NCBI RefSeq assembly: GCF_006345805.1
Contig: NW_021834056.1
Coordinates: 1-27,353 of the forward strand
Length of the DNA stretch: 27,353 nt
Direction of reading: 5' to 3'
DNA from: Octopus sinensis
Taxonomy: Eukaryota
Position 1 is the first letter of the stretch. Each line of letters begins with the position of its first letter. Positions 1 through 11,858 of the stretch are shown here, in pieces. The notes beneath the pieces are model-generated. The model saw only the letters and a list, made by a program, of their open reading frames with translations, searched no databases and had not been told where the DNA came from. The position numbers were made by a program, and so were the translations under genes.

Positions 1-236
1 AAACAATAACAGCTGTAGTAGCTGTAACAGCAATACCAGCTACAAATTCTTCATCAGAAGTAAAAGCCAAAACAGTAAACGATTGCTTGACATCATCTGT
101 CTTCAGGATGTGGGGCGGGGAGAGGATACGTTGGGTTGTGTGTGTGTATATAAATGTGCATATCTGTCTATGTTTGCGTATATATGAGCATGTGCGTATA
201 TATAATGTGTTTATATACATACACACACATATATAG

Positions 237-316
237 TGAGAATTTACGATAAAAAAAAGACGAAGACGGGTGTACAAACAACAAATATATGTATTAGTTT
301 AACGCTCGAGAAGTGT
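237..316 (-). mobile_element. Fragment of a PLE pseudo-LTR-like repeat, same family as 11393-11510, truncated before the hammerhead-like part
   Basis: AATTTACGATAAAAAAAAGACGAAGACGGGTGTACAAACAACAAATATATGTATTAG...CTCGAGAAG aligns by eye with AATTTACAGAAAACAAAAGACAGGTTTAGAAACAACAAATATGTGTATTAGCTCGGGAAG at 11393-11453. The PLE assignment is inferred from the hammerhead-like motif in the other copy. Confidence 0.4.
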
Positions 317-738
317 GTGTGTACGAGTGTATATGTACGTGTGTATATGTTAGTGTATGTATGTATGTATGTATGTATGTATGTATGTATGTATGTATGT
401 ATGTATGTATGTACGTGTGTTATGAAGAAGCCGTTATCCAACAGGGAAACATCTGCAAACTCCTTCTGGTGTGAATACTGCGGGGCGTGGTTCGTGTTTC
501 TGTGCTGAAAATAATAGAAAAATAAAAGGATTCAGAAGGAAAGAAGACAAAAAGGAAAAGGAACAAATAGGAAAAAGCGATAAGGGCTTAAACAATGGGA
601 AAAGGGGCTGTAGGCTCATCTAACAGGTTAGAACGGAAATAAAGGAAACCTTTCGCGAATGGAAAAAATATATAGGGTTCAAAATCGTGAGTGGAATATT
701 GATTTCTGTCCTTATTGCGGTTAATATATTCATATATG

Positions 739-1540
<802 letters not shown>

Positions 1541-1634
1541 CAAACACACACACATACATTATTTGCACGTATACACATGCATATGTGCTTGTGTGTGTTG
1601 CATATATATATTATATATTATATATATACACACC

Positions 1635-1714
<80 letters not shown>

Positions 1715-2272
1715 ACACATACATATATATATATAATTGGAGAGAGAGAGAGAGTGCCAGGGTCATTCGTGCGCGTGTGTGCATGTATGTTTGTGAATAG
1801 ATGTTTGTAAGTGTATATGCCTATTTATGATTGGATGTAGATGCATCTTCTGTTTATGATTACTTCAAATTTTCATGTCAGTAAAGAACTGCGCTTTCTA
1901 ACAAAGTCACAAAACCATTGTTGGAATGCAAATAACAAAAGCATATTCATATTTTAAACTTGGGAAAAATCTTATATTTTTTTACTTTTCCACTTAATGA
2001 TAGTATGTGTAATATGCAAATTAGATGTTTGGTCTCTCTTTCCGAAAGCCTTAGCTTAAACAGATTGTAACGTAGGCACTTACTAACGAAGCCAAGATCA
2101 CCAATTATTATTGGTATAAAAACGACCTTGTAATCTGATATTGAAGAAGTTGTCCATATTTGTTGTCTTTTTCTTTGATTTTCGAAGACACATCTATCAA
2201 TGTGTGCATGTATGAATATGTGTGCATTTATTTTTCTGTCTTACAGACCATAAACATTTGTAAACACTGTCA

Positions 2273-2841
2273 CGACGGTCATTCGGAATGCTCACAGCAG
2301 CCATATTCCTACCGCTCTATGTCACGCTGGTGAGACCCATATTGGAGTACAGGATTCAAGCCTCTTCTCCTTATCTCCTCAAAGACATACTTCATCTCGA
2401 AAGAGTCCAGAAGCTGGCTACCCGCATGGTTCTTGGTCTCAAGGATTTGTCGTATGAGGAAAGGCTGAGGACGCTCGACCTTTATTCTCTAGAAAAACGA
2501 CGACGCCGTGGTGATTTCATTCTTGCTCACAACATCATAAGCGGAAAGTGTAACCTCTCGAAAGAGCTGTTCTTCACTCCTGCTCCAGAGCATCGGCTGC
2601 GGGGTCACTCCGAAAAGCTCTATCTGCGGACGATTTCATCTCAATCGAAGGAGAGGGGCTTTCTCCGTCCGGGTTGCGGATCGTGGAATAAGTGCGGACG
2701 AGATAGTGAAGATGCCGACGACCGCTCGGTTCAAAGTCTTCCTTGACCACAAGTGGCCTGAACTCTTTACATGAACACCACCCTGTACATAACTCCATGT
2801 CCCCCTACATGGCCTTGCTTTTTGCTTTTTGAGCCAAAAAT

Positions 2842-2850
<9 letters not shown>
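2273..2850 (+). mobile_element. 5'-truncated CR1-type LINE (ORF2 C-terminus, 3' UTR, tail)
   Basis: Translation LYVTLVRPILEY...LERVQKLATRM...LSYEERLRTLDLYSLEKRRRRGDFI...RGHSEKL is typical of the CR1/L2 ORF2 C-terminus and continues with frameshifts to ...FKVFLDHKWPELF. A 3' UTR hairpin CCATGT-CCCCCT-ACATGG lies at 2795-2812, followed by an (ACTA)n tail at ~2822-2850. Confidence 0.9.
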
Positions 2851-2872
<22 letters not shown>

Positions 2873-2944
2873 CACACACACACACGCACACACACACACA
2901 CATGCATACACGTTTGTATGTATTTGCATTTATTTTGTATGTAT

Positions 2945-3218
2945 GAAGGTTCGTGGCTCAGTGGTTAGGGTCATCGGCACACGATCGTAAGGTCGATTCC
3001 CGGCGGCGTATTGTGTGCTTGTGCAACACACTTTAATTTTTACGTTGCTCCAGTCCACTTAACTGATAAAATCCTGTCGTACTTGTATTTCAAAGGGTCA
3101 GCCTTTTGTGTACCAATGTCTGTAGTATACTCAGCCACTTGCACGTTAATTACAAGCGAAAGCAGCTCTGTCGATTAGATCAATTGGAACCGCGTTGACG
3201 TAACTGTCGGCGTGCCAA
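2945..3218 (+). mobile_element. tRNA-derived SINE with CORE-like segment; 3' body shared with the SINE at 25799
   Basis: A box TGGCTCAGTGG at 2954-2964, then a degraded B box. CTCAGCCACTTGCACGTTAATT (3130-3151) is identical to 26064-26085. Confidence 0.7.
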
Positions 3219-3244
3219 TTATGAAAGTGTATGCGCGCGCGTGT

Positions 3245-3700
3245 ATATACATATGTATACACACACACACATATGTATGTATAAATATATCTATTCACAC
3301 ACACATAAGTATATATAAATATATATATTCACACACACATATGTATATATAAATATATATAGTCACACACACACCTATGTATATATAAATATATATATTC
3401 ACACACACATAAATATATATAAATTTATATATTCGCACACAAACCTATGTATATATGAATATATATATTCACACACACATATGTATATATAAATATATAT
3501 AGTCACACACACACATATGTATATATAAATATATATATTCACACAGACATAAATATATATAAATTTATATATTCGCACACAAACCTATGTATATATGAAT
3601 ATATATATTCACACACACATATGTATATATAAATATATATAGTCACACACACACATATGTATATATAAATATATATATTCACACACAGACATACACACAC
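3245..3700. repeat. ~35-bp minisatellite with a 140-bp higher-order repeat
   Basis: Diagnostic variants recur exactly 140 bp apart: AGTCACAC at 3361, 3501 and 3641; AAATTTATATATTCGCAC at 3421 and 3561. Confidence 0.9.
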
Positions 3701-3887
3701 ATACACACATACACACCTACAAAGGCATAACTCAACTTACGTCGGTAATTGATTCCAAGACAAGCGATTTAAGACGATAAACGACGCAACATGAAAAGGG
3801 ATTTTTAAAATATTATCAGTTAATATGTTTTCATAGATGGTTAACGCTAACATTCACATGTGTTTTTATTTTATTTTTCCTCTTCAG

Positions 3888-4044
3888 TATTGATTCTGAG
3901 CAATGATTAAAAAAAAAATCAGGCTTTTAAATATGTTCGCTGAGACCAACGTAAAGTCGGATAAGATCGACCGAAGTTGAAGTTTGTGCCATTAATTAAA
4001 AAGAAAGCAGAAAAGCAGAAAAATAGACGTAACACGAAGCTATG
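3888..4044 (+). other. Candidate non-coding/UTR exon
   Basis: Branch-point CTAAC at 3847-3851, pyrimidine tract, TTCAG acceptor at 3883-3887. Donor-like G|GTAATT at 4045 (alternative T|GTAAGC at 4062). No long open frame. Confidence 0.3.
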
Positions 4045-4134
4045 GTAATTGGGTTATACTTGTAAGCATGTGTGTGCATCCATTCATGTTGATAAATATA
4101 TGTACATATCGTTTTATTCATGTAAGCTATGTAA

Positions 4135-4183
<49 letters not shown>

Positions 4184-4999
4184 ATATATTATATGTATAT
4201 ATAAATATATATTATATATATATACATATTAGTATTATACATTATTGTGTGTGTGTGTGCGTGTATGAGAGAGAGAAAGAGATATATATGTACGTATGTA
4301 AAGACATTTGGTGAACTGGGAATATACCACCACCAACACAATTTCCCATCCTCTTACCACCACCCACCCACCCGCTCCTCTTCCTCTTCCTCACACCACC
4401 ACCTCACACCACTTCCTCCCCCTCCTCTTGGGATATCATCGTTGTGTGAGGTGATGCGCACCAGGCATTGGCCGATGAAATTCTCCCATAATCCCCCTCC
4501 ATAAAATCTTGTTTCTTGATCGGATCAACAGTTTAGAGTGGAAATGTTGGATTAATTCTTCAGCTTAGCATTCGGCAATGGTGTCGATAATCTCCCTCTT
4601 GCTATGTTACGGCATTTGCACTCTAGTGCAGCACTAATTTCTCTGTAGCGCTGTGTGTATGTAGGTGTGTATATACAGGTGTGTGTGTATGTATATATAC
4701 TTGTGTGTATGTGTGTGCACGTGTATATATACACGTACAGTTAGGCATATAAATACGTGTATGTGTATGCTTGTGTGTATGTGTGCGTATATGTGTGTGT
4801 ATATATACACGCACATTTGTGCGTATATATATATATATACGTATGTGTGTATATAGGTATGCTTCTATGTATGTGTGTGTATATATATGCGTGCACAATT
4901 GTGTGTATATATATGTATACTTCTATGTATGTGTGTGAATATATGTACGTGCACAATTGCGTGTATATATGTATGCTTGAGTGCATATGTGCGTGTATG

Positions 5000-5030
<31 letters not shown>

Positions 5031-5263
5031 ATATGTATGTTTGTATACTTGTATGCTTGTGTGTATGTGTGCATGTATATATACACACACATTTGTGCAT
5101 ATGAATACGTATGTGTGTATATATGTATGCTTGAGTGTATATGTGCGTATATGTATATATATAATATATATATATTTTAATATATATATATCTATATATA
5201 TACATATATATACATTTGTGCATATAAATATGTCTGTTGTATACATGTATGCTTGTGTGTATG

Positions 5264-5301
<38 letters not shown>

Positions 5302-5673
5302 CACATGTTTGTTCATGTAAAAACGTATGCGTGTATACATGTGTGTGTGTATATGCATATGTATGTAAATATGTATAAATGGGCGGGAATGCATGTGTAT
5401 ATATGCGGGCCCGTATGTAAATACGCAATCCTATTTATCTCTGTAATTACACAAGCGTACATTCGTGGATATTAGTCTACAGAAAACCCAGGCGTGAAAA
5501 CGAGGCTAACAACGGACACGAGAAATCAATACACACACCTGCACACAGACATCTATGCATGCAAACACAAAGCTCTTTGAACAGAGACACATAGATTTAT
5601 ACACATAAACAAATAGATTTATACACGCAAACACATGGTTCTATGCACATAAACACGCATATATCTATACACA

Positions 5674-6075
5674 TCATTTCATTATATATAAAAGTGAAGT
5701 TGTGTGTCTGTCTCCTACGATTTAGATTCCTAACTACTCCCACATTTTGCGGTGCAGTTTAACCAAAACCGGGTATCTTATAGTCGTGATTCATATCGAG
5801 CCCTTCTGGGTATTAGCGTGCGTCTACGATGAGTCTACGATTTAAAAAAAAATTTACCATCATTTTTTTCCATTTTGATGCATTTTTTCGCTATTATATA
5901 AGGGAAGTAACTCTCTAAAAATGTCTACGATGAGTCAACGATTTAAAAAAAAAATTACCATAATTTTTTTCCCATTTTCAATGCATTTTTTGCTATTTTT
6001 TGGCTATAACTCTCTAAAAATGCTTATATAGTTATTTCCCTTACAAACCCGAGCAACGCCGGGCGATACTGCTAG
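5674..6075 (+). mobile_element. Non-autonomous Helitron-like element
   Basis: 3' hairpin CCCG-AGCAACGC-CGGG at 6048-6063, then CTAG at 6072-6075 followed by T. The 5' A|TC...TATATATAAAA start is approximate. Contains an internal ~100-bp tandem duplication. Confidence 0.7.
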
Positions 6076-6175
6076 TCTACATATAAATTTGTACTCAAAT
6101 TCACACATTCATACATCCGAAGTTCTATAGAGACGCATATCTACATAAAGCTATACGCGCACATTCACAAATATA

Positions 6176-7473
6176 CGAGGGGTGTATGAACAGTCTTGAG
6201 CCTTAAAAAGAAAAAAAAAGAATAATAATAATAAAAACATGGTACAAGACTTCTGATGATTTATTTTTCAACATAGTCCCCCTCGATGGTTTGAACACTT
6301 TCTCCAGCGGTGCTAAAGCGCCATTATCCCAGCTTAGAAGAATTCTTTTGTTTGAGACTCCAAGAAACTTCCTACAGCGTCTATGAAGTCATTGTCACTG
6401 GCAAAATGGCGACCAGCCAGGCTCTTTTCATTTTTGGAGAAAGATGAAAGTCAGAGGGGTCTAAGTCTGGTGAATAAGGCGGATGGGGAACAAGTTCGTA
6501 TCCACAATCACGAATTGTTGCCATGGCAATCACTGAGATGTGGGCTGGAGTATTGTCATAATGAAAAGAACTCCTCTGGTCAGCATTCCTGGCCTTTTTT
6601 CTTTGATTGCTTCTCGGAGGTGTTTCAGTAGCTGAGAATAATACAGCCCTATCACGGTGTTACCCTTTACAAGGAAATCGATCTGCAAGACAACTTGAGA
6701 ATCCCAAAAATCGGACTCCAGGACCTTGCCAGCTGAAGGACTGACCCTGGCCTTCTTTGGGGTCGGAGAAGATGTGTGCTTCCACTGCTGTGATTGTTCT
6801 TTGATTTCAGACTGGTAGTGATGAACCCAACTTTCGTCCATAGTTATGAAACGAGGAAGAAAATTCTCTTCATCGGCTTCAGATTGCTTGTGGACAAAGT
6901 GCACCTGGTGCGTTTCTGTTCAGGAGTCAAAAGGCGAGGGACCCACCTTGCGGAAACCCAAGTACTTTTGTCACAATGTTGTTTGCTCTTTCATTTGAGA
7001 TGCCCACTCTCTCGGCTGTCTGACGACATGATATTCGGCGACCTGGCAGTATCATACCAAGAGTAAGGTCAAGGTTGTCCTTAGTGGTTGCAGTTGGAGG
7101 TCTCCCTGGTCTGGGATCATCTTCGACACTCACCCTGCCACGCTTGAATTCATTTACCCAGCGTTTGACTGTTGCATATGAAGGAGCATTGTCTGTTAAG
7201 GTTCTCGCCATATCTTCATCGATTTCTGATGGAGTCATGCCTTTCAAATGAAGCTACTTTATGACCGCACGATACTCAGTGTTCTCCATTTTCCTTGTAA
7301 CCATGACACTTGTTTATTAAAAAATCTGGAGGAAAAAAATAATATAAATAAAAATATCAGAATCATGAAGATGAGCAAGAATACTCCGAAAAGACTGTAC
7401 TTAGAAAAAGTTGTTTCAGCTAACTAGCAGCCTCGTTTCTAGGTTAGGCTCAAAACTTTTCATAAACCCCTCG
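6176..7473 (-). mobile_element. Full-length mariner DNA transposon (DD34D), inactive
   Basis: 28-bp TIRs at 6176-6203 and 7446-7473 match at 25/28 positions. Flanking TA at 6174-6175 and 7474-7475. Length 1298 bp. Confidence 0.95.
6261..7289 (-). pseudogene. Mariner transposase pseudogene
   Basis: Starts MENTEYRAVIK*; HTH region SYATVKRWVNEFKRGR...DDPRPGRP; catalytic motifs TMDESW, HYDNTPAH and YSPDLDPSD, with 34 residues between the second and third D; ends GDYVEK*. Several stops and frameshifts. Confidence 0.93.
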
Positions 7474-7482
7474 TATACTCAT

Positions 7483-7612
7483 TTGCGGGTACTGAGTTGG
7501 TAGAATAATTGACATGTCGGACAAAATGCTCAACCGGTTTTCGACCGTCCTTACGTTCTGAGTTCGACTTTACCTTTCATCCTTTCGGTATCAATGAAAT
7601 ACGTTCTTGTCG
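7483..7612 (+). mobile_element. Degraded, internally deleted tRNA-SINE of the same family as 14647-15482
   Basis: Contains TTACGTTCTGAGTTC and GACTTTACCTTTCATCCTTTCGG, matching the reverse complement of the copies at 14.7-15.5 kb. Confidence 0.7.
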
Positions 7613-7619
7613 ATACATG

Positions 7620-8178
7620 CAGTAATATCTCACTTTTCGAGGACCCGCCTTACGAGAACTCGGGTTTAAGAGTTTTATTTTTCAAGCACAAGATCCAAAT
7701 TTTGAACGAAGGGCAAAAGTTTCTCCTACCATAACAATCGTTTCTGCAAGTTACCGAGACATTTGTAGAGAGCGAAGAAAAGCTTCTTCTTAGCAAACAA
7801 CTTTAAACATGTCTCTTAAAAAGAAATCTGCAAGTCCGTCTACGAGTGCTTGTGAATCGGTGATCTCGTCTGCAAGTGATCGTGTGCACGAATCTGGTGT
7901 GAGTGAAAGTAATTTAGAAAACGATTATAGCAGTTTTTTTATTATAAATGATCTTGACATTCTTTTTACTTTACATAAAATATTCTTTACATTCTGCTGT
8001 TGTTTTATCGCAATTTATTTAAGAGTATTCTAAATAAATCTTATAGGTTTTTATTTTTCTGGGAACGAATTGTAATTCATAACATTGCTACCATAGGAAA
8101 TTATTGCTTTGCCTTACGAGTTTTCGCTTTATGAGCGGTCTCCGGGAACAAATTAACTCCTATATAGAGGAATTACTG
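7620..8178. mobile_element. Tigger/pogo-like non-autonomous DNA transposon remnant
   Basis: Ends CAGTAATATCTC... and ...GAGGAATTACTG|TA form a short imperfect inverted repeat. CCTTACGAG occurs near both ends. Confidence 0.45.
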
Positions 8179-8181
8179 TAT

Positions 8182-8257
<76 letters not shown>

Positions 8258-9316
8258 TAAATGTAAAGTGAGTAATGTTGTAAGAATATTACTCTTTAAT
8301 ATTGACAATTGATTAATAATTGAAATGAGACGTGAAAGTGAACGACAAAAATATTTCCTTCTTATCCATCAACGAGTCGGATTTTCATGTCAAATTATCA
8401 ATTCTACATTTATCAAGATGGCGACTTTGCATTTACAAAATGGAAGCAAAGCAAAAAAAAAAAAAAAAAAACGGGGGCCATGTTTACTGGTGAACTTCCA
8501 TGTTTAGATTCAGAAAATAGATACATAGAATCGAAAGGAAAAGTATATAAATTGCTATCATGTTTAGAAACCAACTATTTTCTCCCGGATATTGTATTAC
8601 ATTGGTATAAGATCTGTCAGCGTTTGGTACATAAAATAGAAAATATTTGTTGGGAAAAAAATGATGGAAGAAAATAAATTTGATGTTTCATCTTGTTCAG
8701 GCTTTTCTTGGTGGCTACACAATGATTATGTATTTCTCCAATTATTGAATTACCGAGGTAAATATTTAGATCTGTTGCAGTTAAGAAAAGGGAATTTTTT
8801 CTCTCTCTAAAGGATTTCAAATAATCGACTTAAATAATCGGTTTTAAATGCTTTGAATCTATTCTCTTTATTTTTTCTGGGATTAAGGGCAGTATTTGAT
8901 TGAATAGATTTATCGACTGCTTGTGCACGAGCCTTGTTTTATGCCTGGAATAAATAATAGATTGCTTCGTTGAAATATAGGTATATATGCAAGAAAGAAT
9001 TAAGTAAAAGAAGGTAGCACAGTATTGAAATAAAAGAAACATTTAATAGATCGAAACACAAATAAATTTTTAACAACATCTTCTTTCATAGAGCACATCG
9101 CCACCTTCGGCGGATGCTTTCTCTCAAAAGAGCGAATTTTGTTCGCGAAGCAGTTGAGAAATATAAAAATGACTGTAAAGAAAGAAGCATTCAACTAGCG
9201 CTCGTGATAATATCGGTTACTTGTGTATTAGTTAAGAGCTCGAGGTAAAAACAGTGATGGTCAGGGAGATCTTTTAAAAGTAGCTTATTAATACAACATT
9301 GAAAGAAAAAATACGT

Positions 9317-9581
9317 AGGATACCAGTAATTATTATAAAATAACAAACGAATATAAATTGGGAAAATAGCTTACAGCTGTTTCAGCCCATAGATAAAAAT
9401 ATCTCATTCTACCTTTATTACTCAAGTGGAGTGAAGTAATAGGTAGACGAAAATGAGTACTTCACTCCACTTGAGTAATAAAGGTAGAATGAGATATTTT
9501 TACCTCTTGGCTGAAACAGCTGTAAGCTATTTTCCCAATTTATATTCATGTTTGTTATTTTATAATAATTACTGGTATCCT
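9317..9581. repeat. Long near-perfect inverted repeat (foldback)
   Basis: Arms 9317-9438 and 9458-9581 with a 19-nt spacer. Differences are limited to one 2-nt indel and a small mismatch cluster. Confidence 0.95.
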
Positions 9582-9754
9582 TATATATTAATATATTTTA
9601 TATCTTATATGTAATCCATAATATGTTATATGTATGTATATTATTATAATTATCAGTTTAGTAAATAAATAAATAAGTTAACAAACTATAATGTCTAAAA
9701 GTTGATGAACCACCTATTGATCCCCTCGATTTTCTTATTGTTATATACACACAG

Positions 9755-9785
<31 letters not shown>

Positions 9786-9787
<2 letters not shown>

Positions 9788-9991
9788 GAGGCTGATTCAA
9801 AAGCCTCCATGTATCAACAACAACTGGTATCACACCAGACGTGAAATTACGAGTTCACAATGAGTGGGGTAAACGTATTGCAATGTGTATTCGGAACAAT
9901 GGTAACTGTTAAGTAAAAAAAATAAACTGTTCTTATAAACTGTTTCTTATAAAAAAAAATGAATGAATGGTGACTTTTGAATCACCCATTA
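9786..9991 (+). mobile_element. Internally deleted Tc1/mariner-like remnant
   Basis: TA|CAGAGGCTGATTCAAAAG and CTTTTGAATCACCC form an imperfect TIR pair. The internal frame HNEWGKRIAMCIRNNG resembles a mariner transposase C-terminus (W..R...CI...G). Confidence 0.45.
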
Positions 9992-10682
9992 CATACATGC
10001 ATACACACACACACTCACATCCATATATATACACATACGTAAGTGCAGTTAATAACACTACATTTCCTTTCTGTCCTCCATTTGAGGCAAATATCTTCAA
10101 TCCTCCAACGACAGCTCTCTCTCTTCTCCTCCTATAATTACCTGCAACAACCACCTCCACTCTTTCTCTCTTCTTATTTCCCTCTTTCGATCTGCATCCA
10201 GCAACTCCTTCCTCTCTCTCTCTATCAACTATTAACAACACTCCCTTTCCTCTAACTACCTCAACAGAGAGTGTGTGTGAGAGAGAGAAAGAATGAGAGA
10301 GAAAGGGAGCGAGGGAGAGAGATATGTAGATGCTGTCGTCTGCCATTTGAAGTAAATGGCGTCTTGTATTGACTGGGGACCTGAGAATCATTTCGTTCAA
10401 CGTTGTGATACGATAACAGTTCTAATCTTTTGGGGATACTTATGGACATAACTACTTACATGAGTAGTTAGTTATATATAGACAAATATATACAAAGATA
10501 CAGATGAACATCCTTAATTATAAACTCACGTAAATGCATTGTTAGATATATACATGCGTATAAACATACATGTTTACAAATATAAAACATAGATATGCAC
10601 ACATTTGTATATATATATATGTGTGAATATATATGTGAATATATATATGTATGTAATATATATATATATATATATATATATT

Positions 10683-10748
10683 TGGCGGTGCCCCAGCATG
10701 GCCACAGCTCCTGAGTTGAAACTAGATGAAATAAGAATAAATAAAAAT
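10683..10748 (+). mobile_element. 3' tail fragment shared with the SINE at 22629
   Basis: GGCGGTGCCCCAGCATGGCCACAG matches GCGGTGCTCCAGCATGGCCACAG at ~22937-22959, followed by an A-rich tail. Confidence 0.65.
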
Positions 10749-11036
10749 GAAATAAATAAATATATAAATAAATAAATATATAAATAAATATATATATATA
10801 TATATGAATATCTATATACATATTGGCATACATGAAAACATATGCATATAAGCACATGAAATGTGTGTACGTGCGTATGTATGTTTACGCACTTACCTAT
10901 TTATTTTTACACGATCCTTTTTGATCGGAATTTCTTTCTCCTTTTTTATCTATTTTCTTTTTTTCTTTCGAAAACAAATGCTCTACGTTGTATTTTGTCC
11001 CTTCTGTGTTCGGTCCTATGTGGCTAATAAATAAAG

Positions 11037-11152
<116 letters not shown>

Positions 11153-11392
11153 GTGTCTGTCTATATTGTTAATTTTTTATATCGAGTTTTATATCAAGTT
11201 AATATTAAACAGAAGGATTACTCAATACATTTTTGTGGAGCACACACACACTCACACATATATATATGTACGTATATGTATATGTGTGTGTGTCTGTGCG
11301 TGTGTGTGTATATGTGTATATATATATGTGTGGTTGTATGTATATATATATGTATATGTATATATACACATTCATACATAGATATATAGCTC

Positions 11393-11510
11393 AAATTTAC
11401 AGAAAACAAAAGACAGGTTTAGAAACAACAAATATGTGTATTAGCTCGGGAAGAATGGAAAAGACTTTGACGTTTCGTGCTAACGCTCTTCTGCAGAAAA
11501 GAATAACAGA
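11393..11510 (-). mobile_element. PLE pseudo-LTR-like fragment with a degenerate minimal hammerhead motif
   Basis: Minus strand reads CTTTT-CTGCAGA-A-GAGC-GTTA-GCAC-GAAAC-GTC-AAAG (11501 to 11465). Confidence 0.5.
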
Positions 11511-11662
11511 GATAGAACGAAACAAAAAAAAAAGAGAGAAAAATTTGTTTATGGATTAATGGTTCAACATATATATGATATTTTTACAAGAAAATGGGGT
11601 GACAGTGACTTCCAAGTGACTTCGTAGTCACTGTCATCCTTCTTTTCTTTTTCCTGTTTCAG

Positions 11663-11702
11663 TCATCAGATTGCAGTCGTTCTGGGACAAGGAAGAATGT
11701 TT
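11663..11702 (+). other. Candidate 40-nt internal exon
   Basis: Pyrimidine tract plus TTTCAG acceptor ending at 11662; donor TTT|GTAAGA at 11703. All three frames are open, but no product is recognisable. Confidence 0.3.
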
Positions 11703-11858
11703 GTAAGAGCTAAGAAAACAACTGGCTGAGAACCAAATCGATCAGAAATAAGTTTTAAACTCTCTAGATAACAACAATTACAATCTGTAACCTCATCACC
11801 ACAACTAACACCACCACCAGCAACAACAGCAACAATAACAACAACACCATCAGCGTCA

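Noticed and set aside
2954-2964. tRNA genes suggested by A/B boxes here and at ~1000-1035, ~22650-22690 and ~25810-25870
   Set aside because: No cloverleaf can be folded, and each continues into a SINE body, so they are SINE heads.
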